Of a stretch of DNA of 55,361 nt, positions 1 through 6,337 are shown piece by piece. The notes beneath the pieces are model-generated. The model saw only the letters and a list, made by a program, of their open reading frames with translations, ran no database searches and was not told the DNA's origin. The translations under genes were made by a program, and so were the position numbers. The stretch is from an uncultured Candidatus Saccharibacteria bacterium (GTDB lineage: Bacteria; Patescibacteriota; UBA1384; JACPKC01). Within the stretch, counting starts at the first letter, position 1; each line of letters begins with the position of its first letter. The stretch is taken from positions 237,474 to 292,834 of the forward strand of contig CAYRGD010000001.1 of NCBI GenBank assembly GCA_964423885.1, given 5' to 3'.

Positions 1-189
1 TTTAAATATTAGCATTTTGTTGCTCTTTTCTCCACCCTCACGGCGACCGAGGCGCTTCCTCTCCGCGGTCTGTGGTAGCTCTAAACTTTGTGCCTCCGAC
101 CGAGTTCGGTGGTAACTCATAAAGCGGATTGTGCTAGGCACAAACAAATCTGTATGTGCTTGCCCCACCCACCCAGTGCGCGCACAACA

Positions 190-230
190 ATCCCCGCCGT
201 TTTGAAGAAACATTATAAAACGGCGGGGAT
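190..230. terminator. Hairpin terminator downstream of the erm-like gene, possibly bidirectional
   Basis: 14-bp inverted repeat ATCCCCGCCGTTTT (190-203) / AAAACGGCGGGGAT (217-230) with a 13-nt loop, 18 nt past the erm-like stop. The core is GC-rich with A/T flanks, and the trailing U-tract is only moderate. Confidence 0.55.
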
Positions 231-247
231 TGCTCCCTCAACACAAC

Positions 248-1141
248 TTATCTATTCTCCCGCCAATTTTTCGCTGTTCGCGTTCGATGAATCTTTTGTA
301 GAGATTTTTGTTGTGTGCCCAGTTTTGCATACGCACCTTTAGTTTTCGCTTGTCGAAAACCCTCAACATTTTTTGAGAAGTAGTCGAAAATACCGAGCCA
401 TTGTTTAAAAGTTAGGTCTGTAGGTTTTGCCGAAGCGTCAAATCCATAATCGGTAGCTAAGCGTAAGAATTGCACATGACCGAAAACATTTGTATAACCC
501 TTTTTCAAATTTACTTTCATACTGGAAAAACCGAAAGCTACGAAATCCCGAAATGCTTCCGCATTTCGATTTTCAACAAGCGGTCGTTCCAGTTTTTCTA
601 TCCGCAACAAAACCGTATCTACGGCAGGACGAGGGGAAAATTCATTTTTCTGAAATTCATAAACTTTATTGAATGCAAACCAAGGTTTATGAAGAACAGA
701 AAAAAGTGTTTCTGATTTGAAACCACTATATTTTTCAGCTGCTTCTTTTTGCATAATCAAATAACTATCAGCGGGACTGTGCTCACCATCGAATAATTTT
801 CTAACAATATCAGCGGTTATGTTAAACGGAATGTTAGAAAAAACCTTATACTCATATTTTGGCAAAGAAAATTCGAGAAAATTTTGATGATAAATTTCTA
901 TATTAGGGAAAGAAAAAAATTTGTCTTTCAACTCCAAATACAAATTTTTATCAGCTTCTACTGCCAAAACTCGCTTGCAGTGCTTTGCAAGCACGCTAGT
1001 GATTATTCCCTTACCTGGTCCAATTTCAAGAACAATATCATTTTCTAATGACGAATTTTGTACTAGCTTTTCTACTAACTTTGGGTCGCGGAGGAAGTTT
1101 TGGGAATGAGATAATTTTGTTTGTATGTCGTGAGTGTTCAT
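248..1141 (-). CDS. erm: Erm-type 23S rRNA (adenine-N6)-methyltransferase (macrolide-lincosamide-streptogramin B resistance family)
   Basis: 297-aa ORF with HSQNFL, EIGPGKG (SAM site) and YKVFSNIPFNITADIVRKL. It is colinear with ErmC as I recall it (SQNF, EIGSGKG, YKIFGNIPYNISTDIIRKI), not with KsgA. It has an extra ~45-aa basic C-terminal tail. Confidence 0.85.
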   Translation of the reverse strand: MNTHDIQTKLSHSQNFLRDPKLVEKLVQNSSLENDIVLEIGPGKGIITSVLAKHCKRVLAVEADKNLYLELKDKFFSFPNIEIYHQNFLEFSLPKYEYKVFSNIPFNITADIVRKLFDGEHSPADSYLIMQKEAAEKYSGFKSETLFSVLHKPWFAFNKVYEFQKNEFSPRPAVDTVLLRIEKLERPLVENRNAEAFRDFVAFGFSSMKVNLKKGYTNVFGHVQFLRLATDYGFDASAKPTDLTFKQWLGIFDYFSKNVEGFRQAKTKGAYAKLGTQQKSLQKIHRTRTAKNWRENR

Positions 1142-1145
1142 AAAA

Positions 1146-2168
1146 TTAAGAAGATTTTACCAAGTCCTTAATTCTCTTTGTTGTCGCTTCAAGCTCCTTC
1201 CAATTTTTAGTGTGAGCGTTCCACGCCATACCAGCAAGTCCTATGTGGAGTTCACAAGCGCGAAGCCGCTCATCAAAATTTGTGATTTCAACCCCCTTTT
1301 CCCCAAAATATTGCTTTGCTGTGGTTATCCAATTTATTTTCTCTATTGTAGGGTGCAAGGGAGCCCAAAAAGTAAAATTCGCAAGATCATAGAGAAAATC
1401 GCCATACATCGAGTTGCCCCAATCAATAACTGCCGATATTTTTCCGTCCGCCGATAACACGTTGAAGTGCAACAAATCGGTATGGACGAGATGCCGAGAT
1501 TCGTAACTTTTTTCAGCTAAAATTTTCAATCTATCGGCTATTTGGTCAAAGAATTCAATTCCTTGCGGGGACGCTTCCAAAGACGCTCGCCAACCATGAA
1601 TTTTGCTCGCTGGATGGTCGGCTCCAACGGCAAGCAGAAAGTCTCGCCAACTTGAATATTGACCTATCTCATTCTTGTTCCAATGTCCGTAGCCTATTGT
1701 TGTAGAAATGTCTGCTTGCCGAAGTGCGTCTAGCATATCCATAATTGAAGGAACTATTTTTTCCATTTCGTTTTGCCCCAGTTCGTCAATCATGATTCCG
1801 GCAGAGCGTTTGGAAATAGCAAAATGGTGTTCAAGGGCAATACCGGCTTCGGTTATAGTCGGAATTAATAGTTTTTCAGAAGAATACTTTGAGGCAATCC
1901 GGTCTTTTTCATACGATTCGTCTTCGTTTCCGAAACGAATAACATAATCGTTATCGGCATGTCGGAAGAAAAAAGCTTGCGACCACAAACCTCTACCCAC
2001 AGGTTCAGCATTTATGACTTCGTCACTAAAATGTGTTGAGAGAAATTCTTTAGCTTGGTCAAATCGAATTGCTACCGGATGATTATATGCGGTTGATTGT
2101 CGCTCTACGGGTGAAGTAGTTTTACTTTTTTCAGGAGTTGAATTCATAGTATTATTGCAATAGTTCAT
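1146..2168 (-). CDS. Aminoglycoside phosphotransferase, APH(4)/hygromycin B phosphotransferase-like
   Basis: 340-aa ORF. The catalytic block SRHLVHTDLLHFNVLSADGKISAVIDWGNSMYGDFLYDLANF and GQYSSWRDF are colinear with my recollection of Hph/APH(4)-Ia (VRHLVHADFGSNNVLTDNGRITAVIDWSEAMFGDSQYEVANI; GQYTTWRDF). An alternative start is Met8 at 2147. Substrate cannot be proven from sequence. Confidence 0.8.
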   Translation of the reverse strand: MNYCNNTMNSTPEKSKTTSPVERQSTAYNHPVAIRFDQAKEFLSTHFSDEVINAEPVGRGLWSQAFFFRHADNDYVIRFGNEDESYEKDRIASKYSSEKLLIPTITEAGIALEHHFAISKRSAGIMIDELGQNEMEKIVPSIMDMLDALRQADISTTIGYGHWNKNEIGQYSSWRDFLLAVGADHPASKIHGWRASLEASPQGIEFFDQIADRLKILAEKSYESRHLVHTDLLHFNVLSADGKISAVIDWGNSMYGDFLYDLANFTFWAPLHPTIEKINWITTAKQYFGEKGVEITNFDERLRACELHIGLAGMAWNAHTKNWKELEATTKRIKDLVKSS

Positions 2169-2358
2169 TGACCTTTACACCAAGTGCCTCAGCGATTTTT
2201 TCAATCGTCGCAAGTGTTGGGTTTTGTTTTCCGGATTCTATGTTGCTTATGTATGCACGATCAACACCAAGCGCTCGGCAAATGTCGCCTTGCGACATTT
2301 TCTTGCGTGTTCTTATTTTTCGCATATTTTCAGCTAGTTTTTTGGATGATTCGGACAT
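2152..2358 (-). CDS. XRE/Cro-CI family helix-turn-helix transcriptional regulator
   Basis: 68-aa ORF with a canonical HTH_3 core (MSQGDICRALGVDRAYISNIESGKQNPTLATIEKIAEAL). Its stop abuts or overlaps the aph start, so XRE-aph-erm look like one operon. Confidence 0.85.
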   Translation of the reverse strand: MSESSKKLAENMRKIRTRKKMSQGDICRALGVDRAYISNIESGKQNPTLATIEKIAEALGVKVNELLQ

Positions 2359-2372
2359 ATTGGTTATTTTGA

Positions 2373-2420
2373 AGTATAACTAATGTTGTGTCTTGACACA
2401 ATGGTGTGATAAAATACAAT
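2373..2420. promoter_or_regulatory. Divergent sigma70-like promoters sharing a 16-bp palindromic operator
   Basis: Palindrome TTGTGTC-TT-GACACAA at 2386-2401. Plus strand reads TTGACA (2393-2398), 16 nt, TACAAT (2415-2420). Minus strand reads TTGTGT (2401-2396), 17 nt, TATACT (2378-2373), about 15 nt before the XRE ATG (near-leaderless). Both -35 boxes lie inside the palindrome. Confidence 0.55.
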
Positions 2421-2690
2421 ATAGTTATGAAAGCGGCGAAGCAAAACCAAAAATTTCCTTTCCATTTCTTTTTCCGCTTCGCGGCGGAGGGGTGGGGGGA
2501 GGAGGCGCGAGAAAAATGCAAGGAAATTTTTTGGTTTTTGCACACGCGAGTCCGCGAGCGTGTCCGAGGCGCATTGGTACGCATCACCGCGGAATCGGAG
2601 CGTACAATGCAGTTTCAAGCCACCACGCGCTCCGCGCGTGCGAAGTTACGGATTTTGCTCGAAATGGGTTCTAACTTTTTCAAACAAACA

Positions 2691-2823
2691 CCACCAAATT
2701 TGATTTGCATCAGAATTGACCGCGCCCGCGCCAAAGGCGCGGGCTTGGGCTGGCATTTCCGCCAAGAAATTCCAAGGGGTTTTGAATTCCGCCAAAAGCA
2801 TTCCCGCCGAAAGGCGGCGGTTC
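2691..2823 (+). repeat. Left copy (IR-L) of a perfect 133-bp inverted repeat
   Basis: Checked base by base: 2691-2823 is the exact reverse complement of 4303-4435 (133/133). It starts with CCACCA and contains GC hairpins GCCCGCGCC-AAA-GGCGCGGGC (2724-2744) and CCGCC-GAAA-GGCGG. Confidence 0.97.
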
Positions 2824-2926
2824 CACAAGCTAACGCTTGTTCTGTGCTTCGCACAGGAGCCGATGCAGAGAGATTGCAAATTGTCGATGTAAGTGTAATG
2901 CCTTTATCAATTTAATTCCCGAAGCT

Positions 2927-4459
2927 ATGACAAAATATTTTATCTATTGTAGAAAATCGAGCGAGGACGAGGAACGCCAAATATTGAGCATTGAGGCGCA
3001 ATTGACGGAGCTTCGGGAATACGCCAAGCAACAAGGTTTATTTATTGTTCGTGAGTATTATGAAAGTAAAACGGCAAAAGAGCCTGGTCGTGAGGTATTT
3101 AACGAAATGCTTGGCGAAATTGAAAAAGGCACTGCACAGGGAATTTTAGCGTGGAATCCCGACAGATTGGCGCGCAACTCGATAGATGGCGGTCGTGTGA
3201 TATATCTCGTTGATACTGGCAAAATCACCACGCTAAAATTCCCTACATTTTGGTTTGAGCCAACGCCACAAGGTAAATTCATGTTGTCTGTGGCGTTTGG
3301 TCAAGCAAAATATTACACCGACAATTTGCGAGAAAACATTTTGCGCGGTATTCGCCAAAAGATACGCCGTGGTGAACTATCGGCAAAAGCCCCTCTCGGT
3401 TATTTCAACGAACCGCGACTTCGGACGATTGAACCTGATAGAAAAACCTTTGCGAAAGTAAAGGAGTGTTTAGGGGCTTTTGCTACGGGACAATTTACGC
3501 TCACTGGTATTCAGCGCAAAATGTTTTCTGTCGGCTTGGTTGGCAAGACCGGCAAGCACCTCGCCCTTGCCTCGGTTGAACATATTTTGACTAATCCCTT
3601 TTACTACGGACATTTTCAATATCGTGGCGAAGTGCATGCCGGATCGCATAAGCCAATGATTTCAAAGAAACTTTTTGACCAAATTCAAGAGGCGCGTATT
3701 ACGAATGGTAAACCCCGTAAAAAGCGAGGACCAAAGAATTTTCAGTTTTTAGGTTTTGCTACTTGTGGGGTATGTGGATATGCGATAACCGCCGAACGGC
3801 ACATAAAGAAAAGTGGTTTGAAATTTATTTACTATCGTTGCACCCACAAGAGCAAAACTATTTCGTGTACTGAAAATCGCTTTTTGCGGGAAGAAGTGCT
3901 AACCGAGCAAGTGAAAAATCTTTGTCAAAAAGTTTCTTTGCCTGACGAGTGGCGGGAAAAATATATTGCTCGCCTTGATAGCGAGCAATCGGAATCCCGC
4001 CACTCGTCAGACCTTTTCGCTCAAAATCTCCGCGATAGTATTTCCGCCATTAAAATGCGACTGGAGCGACTTACAGACGCATATTTAGGCGAGGCGTTGG
4101 AACTTACCGAGTATCAAGAGAAAAAGAATATTTTAATGGCGGAAAAGAAAACGATTGAGGAGAAATTGAGTGATTTTGAACGAAAAGGCAATCATTGGCT
4201 CGAACTCATGCGAAACTGGATTATTGAAGCCAACCAAGCCGAAAATCTCTCTAAACAAGAAAATCTTTCGGGGATGAAAGATTTTCTTGTGGACATCGGC
4301 TCGAACCGCCGCCTTTCGGCGGGAATGCTTTTGGCGGAATTCAAAACCCCTTGGAATTTCTTGGCGGAAATGCCAGCCCAAGCCCGCGCCTTTGGCGCGG
4401 GCGCGGTCAATTCTGATGCAAATCAAATTTGGTGGACCGTACCGGATTCGAACCGGTGA
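2927..4459 (+). CDS. Large serine recombinase (resolvase-type catalytic domain, recombinase domain, zinc ribbon and coiled coil)
   Basis: Motifs are YCRKSSEDEERQILSIEAQ (catalytic Ser), WNPDRLARN, a Cys cluster CGVCGY...YYRCTHK...SC, and a long coiled-coil. ATG 2927 (Met31 of the TTG-initiated 2837 ORF) was chosen because it lies just upstream of the YxRxS motif; the SD is weak. There is no stop before IR-R, so about the last 51 codons are encoded by IR-R plus the tRNA-Ala gene. Confidence 0.9.
   Translation: MTKYFIYCRKSSEDEERQILSIEAQLTELREYAKQQGLFIVREYYESKTAKEPGREVFNEMLGEIEKGTAQGILAWNPDRLARNSIDGGRVIYLVDTGKITTLKFPTFWFEPTPQGKFMLSVAFGQAKYYTDNLRENILRGIRQKIRRGELSAKAPLGYFNEPRLRTIEPDRKTFAKVKECLGAFATGQFTLTGIQRKMFSVGLVGKTGKHLALASVEHILTNPFYYGHFQYRGEVHAGSHKPMISKKLFDQIQEARITNGKPRKKRGPKNFQFLGFATCGVCGYAITAERHIKKSGLKFIYYRCTHKSKTISCTENRFLREEVLTEQVKNLCQKVSLPDEWREKYIARLDSEQSESRHSSDLFAQNLRDSISAIKMRLERLTDAYLGEALELTEYQEKKNILMAEKKTIEEKLSDFERKGNHWLELMRNWIIEANQAENLSKQENLSGMKDFLVDIGSNRRLSAGMLLAEFKTPWNFLAEMPAQARAFGAGAVNSDANQIWWTVPDSNR
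4303..4435 (-). repeat. Right copy (IR-R) of the perfect 133-bp inverted repeat, fused to the tRNA-Ala 3' end
   Basis: Exact reverse complement of 2691-2823. Its outer 6 nt (TGGTGG, 4430-4435) are the last two acceptor-stem bases, the discriminator and the CCA of tRNA-Ala. Confidence 0.97.
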
Positions 4460-4505
4460 CCTCTTCCATGCCATGGAAGCGCTCTACCAACTGAGCTAAC
4501 GGCCC
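4430..4505 (-). tRNA. tRNA-Ala (anticodon GGC), CCA encoded
   Basis: The reverse complement GGGCCGTTAGCTCAGTTGGTAGAGCGCTTCCATGGCATGGAAGAGGTCACCGGTTCGAATCCGGTACGGTCCACCA folds as a cloverleaf. It has the G3:U70 Ala identity pair, anticodon loop AT-GGC-AT and T-loop TTCGAAT. Confidence 0.92.
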
Positions 4506-4554
4506 AAGTGGCGATATAGTACTTGGTACGGGGCCATTTTGCTAGAGTGGATCC

Positions 4555-5544
4555 ATGCAACGCACGCCCAGGATCGTGGTGATCGGCGGAGGAACGGGCA
4601 GCTTCGTAGTCTTGAGCGGGCTCAAGGCGCACCCGGTCGACCTGACGGCCGTCGTCACGATGGCCGATGACGGCGGCTCGACCGGCGTATTGCGCGACGA
4701 GCTAGGCGTCCTGCCGCCGGGCGACGTCCGGCAGTGCCTGGTGGCGCTGTCGGAATCCGACGAACTCATGCGCGAGCTCATGAACTACCGGTTCGCCGCC
4801 GGGTCGCTGGCCGGGCACAGCTTCGGCAACCTGCTCCTGTCCGCGCTCGAAAAAGTGACCGGCAGCTTCGACACGGCGGTCGAGAAGGCAGCCGAGATCC
4901 TGCGCATCCGAGGCCAGGTCGTACCGGCCACGCTCGATACGACCGAGCTTGTCGTGACGCTCGACGACGGCCGCGAGATCCGCGGGCAGAGCACGATCCA
5001 CAAAACCGACCTATCCGGCATGCGTTCGATCACGCTGTCGCCAGCAGCCACCGCAAATCCGAAGGCACTCCGAGCGATCGAGCGCGCCGACCTTGTCGTA
5101 GTCGGTCCGGGCGACTTCTACTCGAGCCTGGTTCCTAACCTGTTGGTACATGGCATACCCGAGGCGCTGCAACGCACGCAGGGCACGGTCGCGTACGTGG
5201 CGAACCTTATGGCGAAAACCGGCCATACCGAGCGGTTCCATGTCGACGACTTCGTGGCTGTGATCGAGCAATACATGGGGCGTGCGGTCGACGCCGTACT
5301 CTACAACACCTACGTGCCCGCACGAACGCTCCTTGCGCGTTACGCCCGCGAGGGCGAGGCCATGGTCGACCCGACGCCGCAGCGCGGCGATCCGCGCTTC
5401 CACGGCCGCGACTTGATCAGTCGCACACTCCCCGAACCCCGCACCGGCGACCCGATCGAACGGACCCTCATCCGCCACGATCCTGAACGATTGGCGGAGG
5501 CGATCCTGCAGCTAACTACGCACGCAACTACCGCGGCTTATTGA
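4555..5544 (+). CDS. yvcK: YvcK/CofD-family protein (UPF0052, gluconeogenesis factor-like)
   Basis: The N-terminus IVVIGGGTGSFVVLSGLK...VVTMADDGGSTGVLRDELGVLPPGDVRQCLVALS is typical of the YvcK/CofD family. High-GC host composition begins here. Confidence 0.8.
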   Translation: MQRTPRIVVIGGGTGSFVVLSGLKAHPVDLTAVVTMADDGGSTGVLRDELGVLPPGDVRQCLVALSESDELMRELMNYRFAAGSLAGHSFGNLLLSALEKVTGSFDTAVEKAAEILRIRGQVVPATLDTTELVVTLDDGREIRGQSTIHKTDLSGMRSITLSPAATANPKALRAIERADLVVVGPGDFYSSLVPNLLVHGIPEALQRTQGTVAYVANLMAKTGHTERFHVDDFVAVIEQYMGRAVDAVLYNTYVPARTLLARYAREGEAMVDPTPQRGDPRFHGRDLISRTLPEPRTGDPIERTLIRHDPERLAEAILQLTTHATTAAY

Positions 5545-6337
5545 AAAACATCGGACTGACCGGCTCCAGTCCATGCGGCAGCGCACCAACCTCAACCCTG
5601 GTCGCAGCATTCTCACCTTGCTTTCCAGCGCTCAAGGCGTAGAAATGGAATCCGTCCGGATGACGTTCCGACACGAGAAACCGGCCATCGTCCATGTCGA
5701 CAAGCCGCCGGGCCGGATCCCTGAACCGGTCCGGCAAGTCATGCTGATCTTCCGGCGGACGGAGGTTTCCAGGGAAATTATGATTCGATGTCATGACAAG
5801 GTATTCCGTGTACGGCGCGTATTCTTCCGAATGCTCGATTCGATGACGGTACACCGTATACCAATTCTTATCCTTGTTCTTGTCATAGCTTAACTGGATC
5901 CCGAACACATCCGCCCGACGCATATCGGGACGCGACGTGACCGACACGCCGATATCGAAACTCATTCTGACTTCACTTGTCCGCAACTCGTCTATGTCGT
6001 TACCCTTCACGGTCGGGTCATCCGGAAGCAGTTCCGCCAACTTAACCATGCGTGCCGGAGCTTCCTGCGCGATCGGCGCAGTATAGAGTACCCAATCCTT
6101 CTCGACCGCTGGCGTCGACGGGTCGTCGTAGATACCGAACCCGCTGACCTCACCACGGCGATACGCCGGCTTTTCCCGTTCAAGGTTCGGTTGCGCCATC
6201 GCTTCGCGAGGGGCAAGGCCGGTACCAGCCAGCAGTCCGGTCAACGCGATCCCTTTCACTGCCCGAGCAAACGAGCTCCGGATGTCTTCGGGCCGCTGCT
6301 CTACCGGGCTGTAGCCGCCGGGTTCTCTCATTGCCAA
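5528..6337 (-). CDS. Hypothetical secreted protein
   Basis: 269-aa ORF with an N-terminal hydrophobic signal-like segment (AVKGIALTGLLAGTGLAPREAMA). Its start overlaps the stop of the giant gene upstream by 10 nt (same strand, probable operon). I recognise no family. Confidence 0.55.
   Translation of the reverse strand: MAMREPGGYSPVEQRPEDIRSSFARAVKGIALTGLLAGTGLAPREAMAQPNLEREKPAYRRGEVSGFGIYDDPSTPAVEKDWVLYTAPIAQEAPARMVKLAELLPDDPTVKGNDIDELRTSEVRMSFDIGVSVTSRPDMRRADVFGIQLSYDKNKDKNWYTVYRHRIEHSEEYAPYTEYLVMTSNHNFPGNLRPPEDQHDLPDRFRDPARRLVDMDDGRFLVSERHPDGFHFYALSAGKQGENAATRVEVGALPHGLEPVSPMFFNKPR

Larger units (their letters stand above)
1..4435. mobile_element. AT-rich integrative island (left end cut by window start) abutting the 3' end of tRNA-Ala; cargo is erm-like, aph(4)-like, XRE regulator and large serine recombinase
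   Basis: Hand GC counts of sampled 60-nt lines give about 23-40% inside 1-4300 versus about 63% to the right. The gene content (resistance genes, Cro/CI-type switch, serine recombinase) and the position flush against a tRNA 3' end are typical of integrative elements. The left boundary is not in the window. Confidence 0.7.

Noticed and set aside
1-247. Possible left attachment site, or a copy of the tRNA-Ala 3' end or the 133-bp repeat, at the window start.
   Set aside because: No match to GGTCCACCA or to the repeat was found by eye, only C-rich tracts (CCCCACCCACCC). The island boundary is probably outside the window.
2615-2696. Possibility that IR-L (which starts with CCACCA) is preceded by a degenerate tRNA or tmRNA 3' end, which would make it a displaced att/tRNA fragment.
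   Set aside because: The 7 nt before the discriminator (AAACACC) have no complementary GGTGTTT about 65-75 nt upstream. No GGTTCGAATCC-like T-arm is present.
2406-2915. A 169-aa plus-strand ORF (internal ATG at 2427) running from the promoter through IR-L to just before the recombinase. I considered it as a possible small basic protein or excisionase/RDF.
   Set aside because: At least six overlapping ORFs in several frames and both strands cover 2330-2915, so the interval is simply stop-codon poor. The translation reflects palindromic GC hairpins (RARAKGAG, RVRERVRG), and no SD is present. I cannot exclude a coding role, but treat the region as noncoding/structured.
4133-4474. A minus-strand 113-aa ORF, plus ORFs 2615-2854, 2646-2879, 4192-4410 and 4287-4499, which share peptide strings with each other.
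   Set aside because: They are by-products of the 133-bp inverted repeat being open in frames on both strands. They overlap the recombinase gene or tRNA-Ala and have no independent support.
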